A DNA stretch of 64,000 nucleotides from an uncultured Candidatus Saccharibacteria bacterium (GTDB lineage: Bacteria > Patescibacteriota > Dojkabacteria > SC72): assembly GCA_964403155.1 (NCBI GenBank), contig CAYOEG010000003.1, forward strand, positions 21,400-85,399, in the 5' to 3' direction. Position 1 is the stretch's first letter. Each line of letters starts with the position of its first letter. The translations under genes were made by a program, and so were the position numbers. A model generated the notes under the pieces. That model was not told where the DNA came from. It saw nothing but the letters and a program-made list of their open reading frames with translations, and made no database searches. Below, piece by piece: positions 10,080 to 19,622 of this stretch.

Positions 10080-10693
10080 CGAGGTGGTGTTAGCCAGCTC
10101 TTAGTTTTCTTAAGGAGTTTTTTCGAAATCTCAATTCCTCCCCATATAGATAATCCTGCAACTGCAAGAATTATTAGTACTTCGATTGCAACCAAGATTA
10201 TGTACTCTATCGTGATTGGTTGGGAAACGAGATGAGAATCTAGTGTGATGGAATTACTTACAGTGTTGGTATAGTTTGTATCATACTGCCAAGCAATGGT
10301 GCTCACATTTATCTTGTAAGTACCACTTGCAGATGGTTTAACAACTGCTTTGTACGTATATTCTCCGCCATCTGTTACATTCACAAATTCGGGATGTTTT
10401 GGAGTAATTTTAATTGTAGATGAACTATCCCAGATAATTTGGACTTTTGAGGAGGTTAAGTGGGGTACGATTGTAAGTGTATATGTAATGTTTTTATTTA
10501 ATGGTGACTGTACGCCTTCCGAGAGTGTTAGATCAAAGTATTTGTTGGTTGCCATGCTTGTATTTTCATCTACATCTGTTTGAAGTGTATATTCGCCTGT
10601 GGATTCTTCAGTGGTAGTTTCTTGGGCATAGGCGTTTGAAACAACCCCGATGGAAAGTAAGATTGAAAAAAGAATAACAAAGAAATTTCTCAT
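10076..10693 (-). CDS. Hypothetical secreted protein with a C-terminal membrane anchor
   Basis: Signal peptide MRNFFVILFSILLSIGVVSNAYA. The C-terminus has the hydrophobic helix ILVAIEVLIILAVAGLSIWGG followed by KKLLKK. Confidence 0.4.
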   Translation of the reverse strand: MRNFFVILFSILLSIGVVSNAYAQETTTEESTGEYTLQTDVDENTSMATNKYFDLTLSEGVQSPLNKNITYTLTIVPHLTSSKVQIIWDSSSTIKITPKHPEFVNVTDGGEYTYKAVVKPSASGTYKINVSTIAWQYDTNYTNTVSNSITLDSHLVSQPITIEYIILVAIEVLIILAVAGLSIWGGIEISKKLLKKTKSWLTPPR

Positions 10694-11106
10694 TTAAGTA
10701 TTCTGTGTATGCTCATATTATATATCTTGTAAGCTTCTTGTGCTTCACTCTCTGTTATATCAAAATCATCATGTACTATTTTATTTCTTATTTTGTGCAC
10801 TTCCCAAAGCCTATCATACTCATTCCTCTTAAATCTATTTTTTATTAGTTTCAAATTATCTCCGCACGGATTACTGTTCGAAAGTCTGTATTGCAGAGCT
10901 TTAGATAGTATGTTGTCTAACTTAATAATAGTGTCTCTTCTTCGTGCAAGGTCATCAGAAGTTGCTCCCGCCCTGAGAGCCTCCAGGCTGTTGAGCATAC
11001 GAGATATTGCCTTTTGTTTTTCTTTCCTTTGATTTTGGCTAGCAAACAAGAATAGAACTGCGACACAGATCAAAATCAAAATTGTTATTATTAGTGCTTT
11101 ATCCAT
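10690..11106 (-). CDS. Membrane-anchored protein with a HepT-like HEPN motif
   Basis: N-terminal TM helix LIITILILICVAVLFLFA. The C-terminal IRNKIVHDDF fits the HEPN Rx4-6H / HepT RNxxxH motif. Confidence 0.4.
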   Translation of the reverse strand: MDKALIITILILICVAVLFLFASQNQRKEKQKAISRMLNSLEALRAGATSDDLARRRDTIIKLDNILSKALQYRLSNSNPCGDNLKLIKNRFKRNEYDRLWEVHKIRNKIVHDDFDITESEAQEAYKIYNMSIHRILK

Positions 11107-12985
11107 GTTTTTGTTTTATCTTTTTAAATCCCCAATATGCTAAGTATACTACACCTGTGAACGAAGCTAACGAGATTGCTTTTACTATGATTGTTATAAA
11201 TACAGGTGTTTGAATATTAAACCCTTCTGAGGTTGTAATTTCTTGATTGTAATCAAAGTTCCCAAATTTTGTGCTTGTTGTTAGCATATCAGGTAAAGAT
11301 AGGTTTAGGATATTGTACTGAATGGTTGCAGATCCATTGGGTAAAATTATTTGGGAATTAATGTTATTAACTGGGTCTATATATTTTTCTAGCATTTCAA
11401 TATTTGAAAGGGTAATCTCATAGTTTCTTATAGCGATATTGCCAGTATTTGTAATATTCATGATAGTCTTAACATATGGGGAAATGATTGTATTGTTTTC
11501 AAAATACATGGAAGTTGTTGTACTGAGAACAGGTGTAAGGCTTTCCTGTGAGTTATATTGTACTTTGAAATCTGTGTCCTGATAAAAAGTAAGCTTTGGT
11601 GCCACGGGATTTTTTCCTCTTCTTAATATTGAAATATGATCAAAGAAAGGACTGTTGTAAAGTGTCTTTTGTGCGAAATCTTCGAGGAATGGATCTAAAA
11701 TGACCCATCTCTCTGAAACAGTGTCATACGCTTCCACCCAATAGTTATAGAATCCATCAGAGGTGTACCCAGAAATATTTGAAACAAAACCAATAACTTG
11801 TCTCGCAGGAATACCGTAATACCTGAGTATTGTTATGAGAAAATCTGAATAGTCTGATGGAGAAACTTCATTTGGGTTCTCTACTAATTGATCAAAACCA
11901 ACTCTACTATCTGTGATTATTCCTTCTGTTAAGTCTGTTTGTGGATTTAATCTCTCAATGGTGTATGCATAGAGATATTTGATAACCAATTCTTTTGATG
12001 TGTCATCGATATTTTTAACATTAGAAAATGTATCATTAACAGCTGAAATGTTCGTTTTTAAATATTCAAGAATTCTAGTAAATTCGTTTTTCTCTGTTGT
12101 ACTCCAATAGCCTGTATTTGTTGTTAAATATGAGGCGACAGCATCTACTTCCTCAGAACCATTATGCATTATGATATATCCTTTGACTGTACAATCTTGA
12201 GAGGATTTAGGTGCTACGATATATTGGAGAATGTAGTTTCCATCTTCATCTTGTTCTGCAAGGTTCGGTGATGGCTCTATAGTTGTCCATAAAATAGTTT
12301 GATGTGTGCTGTCTGAGGGAACAATTATTTCAAATGTTTGATTTTTATCTTCTAAATTATTTGTGAATGTTTTACTTATTTCAAAGCTGTATGAGACATG
12401 TTCGCCAAAAAGTACTGAGAGATTGGGATAGATAGGTTTTTCGATTTGTATTTGATATGTATCACCAATGGCTTTGATGTTTTGTATTGTGTCTGATGAC
12501 CATAAGGGTTCCCCAATTGCTCGTGGGTATATCAATGTGATTTTTGTTGTGTCATAACCTTGGAATTGAGAGACTATGGTATATGAGTTTGTTTGTGTGT
12601 ATGCAGTAGAGTAATTTACAGATATGCTGATAGGGGTTGATGGTTTTACAATTGCGTTATTAAGATCTAACAATATATCTGTAACTCCGGCTCGTTTGTA
12701 GCTTGTGCATTCTACATCTGTACCTTTGCTTTCATTCTTGCATGTAGGTGCTATGCCTTCCTGGGGGATTGTAATCGTAAAGTATGATATGACCTTTGGT
12801 GTATCAGTTGATATTGTTATTATCGCTTGCGTAGCTATTGTGTCGCCTTGGATGGTATGTACAAATTCGGAGGAGAGATTGAAGTTATCTTCTGCAAAAG
12901 TTTGGAGAGGTTTTTGGGTGAAGAGCACCAATGAAAGACTAGAGAGTAATAGAATTTTCCTTAAATAGCCAATCAAATTTCTCAT
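11099..12985 (-). CDS. Secreted transglutaminase-like domain protein with a C-terminal TM anchor
   Basis: Signal peptide. The core YGIPARQVIGFV...YNYWVEAYDTVSERWVILDP matches transglutaminase-like (Cys-His-Asp) architecture, but the Cys position appears to be Ser. C-terminal TM helix. Confidence 0.5.
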   Translation of the reverse strand: MRNLIGYLRKILLLSSLSLVLFTQKPLQTFAEDNFNLSSEFVHTIQGDTIATQAIITISTDTPKVISYFTITIPQEGIAPTCKNESKGTDVECTSYKRAGVTDILLDLNNAIVKPSTPISISVNYSTAYTQTNSYTIVSQFQGYDTTKITLIYPRAIGEPLWSSDTIQNIKAIGDTYQIQIEKPIYPNLSVLFGEHVSYSFEISKTFTNNLEDKNQTFEIIVPSDSTHQTILWTTIEPSPNLAEQDEDGNYILQYIVAPKSSQDCTVKGYIIMHNGSEEVDAVASYLTTNTGYWSTTEKNEFTRILEYLKTNISAVNDTFSNVKNIDDTSKELVIKYLYAYTIERLNPQTDLTEGIITDSRVGFDQLVENPNEVSPSDYSDFLITILRYYGIPARQVIGFVSNISGYTSDGFYNYWVEAYDTVSERWVILDPFLEDFAQKTLYNSPFFDHISILRRGKNPVAPKLTFYQDTDFKVQYNSQESLTPVLSTTTSMYFENNTIISPYVKTIMNITNTGNIAIRNYEITLSNIEMLEKYIDPVNNINSQIILPNGSATIQYNILNLSLPDMLTTSTKFGNFDYNQEITTSEGFNIQTPVFITIIVKAISLASFTGVVYLAYWGFKKIKQKHG

Positions 12986-13673
12986 ATTTTCTTATTATCT
13001 GTTTTATAACAGGAGTTTTTGGTGTTATACCATAATTTAGAATAGCCTTATCCCAATCCAACTTCTCAGGTTCATTAACAATCTTGTAATATGGATTTCG
13101 GACAGTTTCCTGTTTGGCATTCTTTCTAATAACATAATAAGCTAAACCGCTCTTTCCATCAAGCACAACCTTGGGTTTTGCATTTATACTTGTATATTCG
13201 GCATATATAAGATTTGAATTTTGGCGGGTATTGATAATTGTGCAACAGTAGCCTGCTGGTATGATGATTTTTTGTTCTCTTCTTGCAGTAATTTTGAATA
13301 TACGATTATCCCGAGGGGATCTGTATCTTTGTAGTAATATTGTAGCACCACCGTAAACGATATCGATTAATCTCGCATATTTTTTGCATCGTGTTGCACG
13401 AGTTTTTACAAATTCAATGCCTGCAAGGTTAGGTTTAAGTACTACAAAATTAATTTGTAAACCTTTCGATGCATAGATCTGATCCAAGTCCAGTTTCTTG
13501 TATTTTTTGTAAAAGATTTCGGGGCAAGACAGCTCCTTGTTTAGTAATTGTGGGCGTATTTCGTCTATTGTTACAGCGACACTTTCTTTGAAAGAAAGGT
13601 CTTTAACCTGAAGATCCTCCCCATCGTAAAGCATCGGGAAGCCTGAGGTCCTTTTAAGATCTATTTTTGCCAT
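12939..13673 (-). CDS. Cupin-type phosphoglucose isomerase-like protein; metal ligands not conserved
   Basis: VLKPNLAGIEFVKTRATRCKKYARLIDIVYGG...IIPAGYCCTIINT aligns by eye to archaeal cPGI VLYPGKVGNEFFMTKGHYHSK..AEVYFALKG...VPPYWAHRTVNTG. The His residues of the HYH and WAHR motifs are replaced here. Confidence 0.35.
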   Translation of the reverse strand: MAKIDLKRTSGFPMLYDGEDLQVKDLSFKESVAVTIDEIRPQLLNKELSCPEIFYKKYKKLDLDQIYASKGLQINFVVLKPNLAGIEFVKTRATRCKKYARLIDIVYGGATILLQRYRSPRDNRIFKITARREQKIIIPAGYCCTIINTRQNSNLIYAEYTSINAKPKVVLDGKSGLAYYVIRKNAKQETVRNPYYKIVNEPEKLDWDKAILNYGITPKTPVIKQIIRKYEKFDWLFKENSITL

Positions 13674-13697
13674 GGGAATTATTATACCACATGAGAA

Positions 13698-13985
13698 TTA
13701 CTCCCTGTTAAACGATTTGAGTAATTCAGATAGGATAAATGCCGCTATCATAAAGAAAAGTAAGGCAATGATAGGGGTTAGATAAATCTCAAAACGATCT
13801 ATTCTTAATATGCTTGAAGTTATTCCTTCGAATGGTTTTACGAATATATCACTCATTGTTTTTATCCAACTCACAATTGTGTTTTCTGGGTTTGCTTTTA
13901 CAAAATCTATTACTATTCGCCCAAGAATTAATGCCTCAATGAGCATCGTGGCTGTATAAGCTAATCTGATTATGAACTTTAACAT
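13698..13985 (-). CDS. YggT-like small membrane protein
   Basis: 95 aa with two hydrophobic helices flanking a conserved central region; the layout resembles the YggT/Ycf19 family. Confidence 0.4.
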   Translation of the reverse strand: MLKFIIRLAYTATMLIEALILGRIVIDFVKANPENTIVSWIKTMSDIFVKPFEGITSSILRIDRFEIYLTPIIALLFFMIAAFILSELLKSFNRE

Positions 13986-13987
13986 AG

Positions 13988-14734
13988 TTAGTTATTATCA
14001 AGATTATCTACATAGTAGTCAAGTTCACTCATAAAACGAGAGACTCCTCTAGCCCAGGCATGCCCACTTTCTGCACATGGAGGGCAATATGCCGGTTCTA
14101 TCTCTGCAGGGGTTAATGTAACACCGTATCCTTCAGCTAGGCCTCTTGTTATCTCTTTTATACCATCCTCCCATGTCGCAAATACACTCCAGCCTCTTGC
14201 ATTCTTATTTATACCCCTCCACCCCCAAGCATTATTTGAATTCCCACCTGGTACTATATTCCCAAATGCAGATTCTACCCCGGAGATAGAGACGACGAGT
14301 CTCCAATCTAATCCGTAACTATCAGCAGTCTCAACTATATATTTTGAATATGGCGCTAATGGGGAGTGATAGTCACTTAAGAAGCTACTCATCGCTAAGA
14401 CTCTTGGGTCTATGGTTATGAATCTTGAAATACCAGTAGCGTTACTATCTGAGATATCGGAAGAAAGATTATATTCTGCTGTATACGTGTAGATATCGAA
14501 TACCGGTGACAATGTATTTACTTGCATAGTGGAGCTTTTCTGCGCGGTTCGGCTTATACCTGTGATTAATATTTTCTCAAAATGTGGAGATACAAAAAAA
14601 TAATATATGCCGAATATTATTATGAAGGAAACGATTCTAATAATATTGGAGTTAGTTAAAGATTGTATCGGTAGCAGTTTTGTTTTAATACCTTCTAGTT
14701 CTGGCATAATATCCAGTATAACAGAAAGGGGCAA
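13988..14734 (-). CDS. Putative peptidoglycan hydrolase (GH73/FlgJ-like glucosaminidase fold?), membrane-anchored
   Basis: N-terminal TM helix. DWRLVVSISGVESAFGN resembles the catalytic E-S-x-x-G of glucosaminidase/lysozyme-like folds. Weak call. Confidence 0.3.
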   Translation of the reverse strand: MPLSVILDIMPELEGIKTKLLPIQSLTNSNIIRIVSFIIIFGIYYFFVSPHFEKILITGISRTAQKSSTMQVNTLSPVFDIYTYTAEYNLSSDISDSNATGISRFITIDPRVLAMSSFLSDYHSPLAPYSKYIVETADSYGLDWRLVVSISGVESAFGNIVPGGNSNNAWGWRGINKNARGWSVFATWEDGIKEITRGLAEGYGVTLTPAEIEPAYCPPCAESGHAWARGVSRFMSELDYYVDNLDNN

Positions 14735-14742
14735 TCTTTGTT

Positions 14743-17700
14743 ATGTTCACACACCTACATTTACATACAGAGTATTCTTTGTTGGATGCGACTATTAGAA
14801 TTCCAGCACTGATTGAGAAACTTCAAGCCAACGGTATGACTTCTTGCGCCATTACCGATCATGGGAATATGCATGGTGCTTTTAAATTCAAAAATGCCAT
14901 GACCGAGGCTGGGCTTAAACCAATTATTGGCTGTGAAATCTATGTTGCCCCAAGGAAGATGTCAGATAAAGAATTCGGGATTGATAATAACTACTATCAT
15001 TTGATATTACTGGCAAAAAATCTAAATGGGTACAAGAACTTAATGAAAATTGTATCTGTAGCCCATATGGAGGGCTTTTACTATCGTCCTCGTATTGACT
15101 TTGAGACACTTTCAAAATACACCGGTGATTTAGTGGCTACTTCTGCTTGCTTAGCGGGGCCAATTTCACAACCACTTCTGAAAAGTAATGACTACAAAAA
15201 AGCTCTAGATACAGCTAAAAACTATGCCGAGATATTTAAAGACAACTTCTATATTGAAATTCAACGTAATGGTATGGAGGAACAAGAGAAGGTTAATGAA
15301 GGGCTTCTAAAAATTGCGAAAGAATTGAAACTCCCGATAGTAGCCACTTGTGACTCGCATTACCTAGATAAAGAAGATGCGGCTATCCAGGAAATTCTTT
15401 GGTGTATTAGTGACGGCACGGCAATGGATGACCCTAAGAAAAGAACAATGCCAACTAATGAATTCTACGTTAAGACTCCGCAAGAAATGGAAGAACTATT
15501 CAAGGATCTTCCAGAAGCTATTGAAAATACTCAAAAGATTGCATATTCAATTGAGGAGTACGACATGTCATTTGGCCGTATTGAGCCCCATTATCTTGAC
15601 TTACCAGAAGGTTTAACAACTGGCGAATATCTAAAAAAAGTTACCTTCGATGGAGCGAAAGATAAATATGGTGAAATTACAAAGGAATTGGAAGTGAGAC
15701 TGAATTATGAACTAGATGTTATTGGTGGCAAGGGCTACAATGACTACTTCTTGGTTGTCCGTGACTTTGTAATGTTTTGTAGGAATAACGGTATTGTTGT
15801 GAGTATGAGAGGCTCTGGTTGTGGTTCTGCTGTTGCGTATTGTATTGATATTACGAATATCGAGCCTATCGGTTGGGAATTGTACTTTGAGAGGTTTTTG
15901 AATCCTGAGAGAGAATCCCCCCCGGATTTTGACATAGATATTGCGGATAAACGTCGTGGGGAGCTAATTGAATACACCATTAATAAATACGGTATTGATA
16001 ATGTAAAACAGATTGGTACATTCAGTAAGCTTCAGACGAGGCAAGCTATAAAAGATGTTGGGCGTGTACTTGGTATTGATTTAGAAATTACGAACAAATT
16101 GGCGAAAATGGTAGAGGTTGTATTTGGTAAGGCAAAAGACATTGACTATATGATTGAGCATAACCCAGAATTTGCAGAAATAATAAATTCGTCTGATAAG
16201 CTACAAGAATTAAGAAAAATTGTAAAAAAAGTTGCAGGAATTTGCAGAGGAACATCTACTCACGCATGTGGTGTTATTGTTGCCCCTGAACCAGTAGTGA
16301 ATTTCTGCCCAATACAAAGGGATTCTCATGGTGGTGGAATTGGTATGACGCAATATGAAATGGCGGATGCTGAGGCTACCGGGTTAATGAAATTCGATTT
16401 TCTTGGATTGCGCAACCTAAATGTCATAGGTGAAGCAGTTAAAAAAGTTGAGGTGAATACTGGCACGCAATTGAATTTGAGGAAATTGAATAGAGATGAT
16501 AAGGAATCTTTTGAAATTATGCAGCAGGGGCATACCGTAGGTATTTTCCAAATGGAGGGTGAGGGAATGAAACGTACCATTAAAGCCGTTCACCCCGAAT
16601 CTCTAGAGGATGTTTGCTATATTCTCGCTGCGTATCGTCCAGGTCCTATGCAGTTCATATCTGACTATGTTGATGTAAAACGTGGCAAGAAAAAAGCCGA
16701 GTATATTTTCCCAGAACTTGAACCAATTCTCTGTATCACTAATGGCGTTATAACGTATCAGGAACACATTATGAGTATTGTGAAAGAAATAGGCGGATAT
16801 TCAATGGGGAATGCAGCAGCATTAATGAAGCTGATGAGTAAGAAAAAGTTTGATAAGGTTGAGCATGAGAAACCAATATTTATGGAAGGTGCTATGAAGA
16901 AGGGCTTCGACGAGGAGAAGTTGAATTTGCTTTGGGAAAAACTTTTGTTATTCGCAAACTACGGATTCAACAAAGCACATAGTGCTTCGTATGCTACGGT
17001 AGCTTACTGGACGGCATATCTGAAAGCTCACTATCCTCTTGAGTTTATGGCAGCCTTACTTGAGGGTGATCTTGATAATTTTGACAGGGTGATTATTGAT
17101 CTTAATGAATGTGAAAGACTTGGGATTAATGTATTACCACCATCCATAAATGAAAGTGGCTTCTATTTCAAAGTCGAAGGTGATCGCTCTATACGTTTTG
17201 GGCTTGGAGGTATAAAAAATGTTGGCGAGGATGTTGTTAAGACAGTTGTAGAAGAGAGAAAAGAACACGGCGAGTACAAACACTTGGATGATTTCGTGCA
17301 TAGGATGTTTAATGATGTTGGGAAGAGGGCTATGGAATACTTAGTAATGGCAGGTACGATGGATAGCTTTGGTGACAGAAATGCTTTGTTACAAATTCTA
17401 CCAGTGATATATGAAAAGGAAAAAGCGAGAAACAAGAGCCAAGTGTTAGGGCAGATAGATATATTTTCGCTTACATCCAACGGAGAAGAAAAAAAGGATG
17501 AAACAGTGGCGATGACGCCATTGCCAAATATTGAAAAAACGCCAATATCCCAGATACTATCGTGGGAGAAAGAACTTCTTGGGCTATATTTTTCTAGTCA
17601 TCCGTTAGACCCATTTCAAGAGTTTTTTGAAACAAAAAATGTTGTATCTTTAAGGCAAGCCCTTGATGAGAAAAAGAATAATGACCTTGTTATCTTAGGG

Positions 17701-18144
17701 GTTATGGTCAACAAGATTAGAAAGATTACAACTAAGAAGGGTGAAATAATGGCATTTCTCACGATTGAGGACAAGACTGCTACCGCTGATGCTATTGTAT
17801 TTCCTAGAACGTATCAGGAGCTTAAGGATGCACTATGTGAGAATAAACCAATACTAATAGCGGGAAAGATAAATGTAAGAGATGGAGAGAAGAGTATCGT
17901 TGTTGAAAAAGCAAAATATATTGATGAGGAGAAATGTAAATCTAGTTTTGATGGTATTACTTTCAGAATTAGACCTATTCATTCAGAAGAAGAGATTGCT
18001 GAATTAAAAGCCTTTATTGCTAAATCTGATGGTGATATTCCTGTACGTATTATTATCGATGATGGTGAGAAGAAAAAGACAGCTGTACTTGCTAAGAAGA
18101 TTGGTATGAATGAAGAAACAAAGAAATGGTTAAGGAAGTTCTAA
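14743..18144 (+). CDS. dnaE: DNA polymerase III alpha subunit
   Basis: PHP domain (MFTHLHLHTEYSLLD, CAITDHGNMHG), polymerase core and OB-fold; 1133 aa. Confidence 0.95.
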   Translation: MFTHLHLHTEYSLLDATIRIPALIEKLQANGMTSCAITDHGNMHGAFKFKNAMTEAGLKPIIGCEIYVAPRKMSDKEFGIDNNYYHLILLAKNLNGYKNLMKIVSVAHMEGFYYRPRIDFETLSKYTGDLVATSACLAGPISQPLLKSNDYKKALDTAKNYAEIFKDNFYIEIQRNGMEEQEKVNEGLLKIAKELKLPIVATCDSHYLDKEDAAIQEILWCISDGTAMDDPKKRTMPTNEFYVKTPQEMEELFKDLPEAIENTQKIAYSIEEYDMSFGRIEPHYLDLPEGLTTGEYLKKVTFDGAKDKYGEITKELEVRLNYELDVIGGKGYNDYFLVVRDFVMFCRNNGIVVSMRGSGCGSAVAYCIDITNIEPIGWELYFERFLNPERESPPDFDIDIADKRRGELIEYTINKYGIDNVKQIGTFSKLQTRQAIKDVGRVLGIDLEITNKLAKMVEVVFGKAKDIDYMIEHNPEFAEIINSSDKLQELRKIVKKVAGICRGTSTHACGVIVAPEPVVNFCPIQRDSHGGGIGMTQYEMADAEATGLMKFDFLGLRNLNVIGEAVKKVEVNTGTQLNLRKLNRDDKESFEIMQQGHTVGIFQMEGEGMKRTIKAVHPESLEDVCYILAAYRPGPMQFISDYVDVKRGKKKAEYIFPELEPILCITNGVITYQEHIMSIVKEIGGYSMGNAAALMKLMSKKKFDKVEHEKPIFMEGAMKKGFDEEKLNLLWEKLLLFANYGFNKAHSASYATVAYWTAYLKAHYPLEFMAALLEGDLDNFDRVIIDLNECERLGINVLPPSINESGFYFKVEGDRSIRFGLGGIKNVGEDVVKTVVEERKEHGEYKHLDDFVHRMFNDVGKRAMEYLVMAGTMDSFGDRNALLQILPVIYEKEKARNKSQVLGQIDIFSLTSNGEEKKDETVAMTPLPNIEKTPISQILSWEKELLGLYFSSHPLDPFQEFFETKNVVSLRQALDEKKNNDLVILGVMVNKIRKITTKKGEIMAFLTIEDKTATADAIVFPRTYQELKDALCENKPILIAGKINVRDGEKSIVVEKAKYIDEEKCKSSFDGITFRIRPIHSEEEIAELKAFIAKSDGDIPVRIIIDDGEKKKTAVLAKKIGMNEETKKWLRKF

Positions 18145-18158
18145 TGGTATAATTAGTA

Positions 18159-19622
18159 ATGAATTCAACCATTCAAAGAAAATTAGAAACACTTCCACAT
18201 AAACCAGGCGTATACAAGTTTAAAGATATTAATGGTGATTTGCTTTACATCGGCAAAGCCATCAATCTTTACAACCGTGTCAGATCATACTTCAACTCTG
18301 ATCTAGAAGATAGACCAAGAGTAAAACCGATGATTCCCTTCATAGCCGATCTTGAAATTATAGAAACTAACAATGAAATAGAATCATTAGTATTAGAATC
18401 AGCACTAGTAAAAAAATATCAACCGCTATATAATTCAGCTTTAAAAGACGACAAATCATACGCATGGATATACATATCTACAAAGGACAAATTTCCAACA
18501 GTCAAAATTGTTAGAACCTTAAACCAAAAGGAATACAAAAATGGAGAGCTCTTTGGCCCATATCCCAGTGGCTTAACCGTAAGAAGAATATTCACATACC
18601 TTCGTAAGCTCTACCCATTTTGTAACTGTTGCAAAGAAGGATCTAAAGAATCTCTCTACTATTTCTTAGGCCTATGCCCAGGGCCATATCAAGGGCATAT
18701 TTCAGAAAAAGATTACAGAAAAAATATCAATGAAATAATTAAATTTCTTAGAGGGAGAAAGAAAGGGCAAATATCAGAACTAGAATCAGAAATGAAACAG
18801 TATTCAACAAAAAAGAACTATGAAGAAGCCGCAAAGCTTCGAGACAGAATCAACGACCTTAAGTATCTCGGCGAGAAGATTGAATACACATATTTTGATA
18901 CAGAAGAAGATTACAAAACACGAAGAAAAGCAGTATTAAAGAAAAACTTTGAAGAGCTACGAACAGAGTTAGGACTTAACACGTTGAAAAGAATTGAGTG
19001 CTATGACATATCTAACACCCAAGGCAAATTAGCATATGGTTCCATGGTTGTAGCTCAAGATGGAGAGATAGCACGAAATGAATACAGGATTTTCAAGATC
19101 AAGGGGTTGGATACCCCAAATGACCCGAAGATGTTGACAGAGGTTCTAAAAAGAAGATTTGCAAACAAGGAATTTGATATATGGCCAAATATTGTTTTAG
19201 TAGATGGTGGGAAGACCCAGCTATCTGTAGTGCGAGAAAGCATTCCTGAGAGCGTATATATCATTGGGATATCAAAAGGTAAAAGGTTTAAAAGAAAAGG
19301 CGGCAGGCTGTTAGATGAATTTTGGATTTACTCTCACGACGATATTCAGAAGGTAGAGATTGAGAATAGGGGGATATTGATAGAATTGAGAGATGAAGCA
19401 CATAGATTTGCAATTACGCATCATAGAAAAGCAAGATCAAAATCCGGCCAAAGATCTATTTTAGAAAGTATACCTGGAGTAGGGGTTACTACAAGAAAAT
19501 CCCTTATTGAATATTTTGGTAATATCGAGAATATTAAAAAAACAGGCAAAGAAGAAATTCTATCTATCGTAAAGAACAAAAAAACAACTGCTGAAATATG
19601 TAAATATTTTAATATTTCTTAG
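18159..19622 (+). CDS. uvrC: Excinuclease ABC subunit C (short form)
   Basis: GIY-YIG motif (GVYKFKDINGDLLYIGKAINLYNRVRSYF), UvrBC-interaction region and RNase H-like endonuclease domain. Confidence 0.9.
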   Translation: MNSTIQRKLETLPHKPGVYKFKDINGDLLYIGKAINLYNRVRSYFNSDLEDRPRVKPMIPFIADLEIIETNNEIESLVLESALVKKYQPLYNSALKDDKSYAWIYISTKDKFPTVKIVRTLNQKEYKNGELFGPYPSGLTVRRIFTYLRKLYPFCNCCKEGSKESLYYFLGLCPGPYQGHISEKDYRKNINEIIKFLRGRKKGQISELESEMKQYSTKKNYEEAAKLRDRINDLKYLGEKIEYTYFDTEEDYKTRRKAVLKKNFEELRTELGLNTLKRIECYDISNTQGKLAYGSMVVAQDGEIARNEYRIFKIKGLDTPNDPKMLTEVLKRRFANKEFDIWPNIVLVDGGKTQLSVVRESIPESVYIIGISKGKRFKRKGGRLLDEFWIYSHDDIQKVEIENRGILIELRDEAHRFAITHHRKARSKSGQRSILESIPGVGVTTRKSLIEYFGNIENIKKTGKEEILSIVKNKKTTAEICKYFNIS

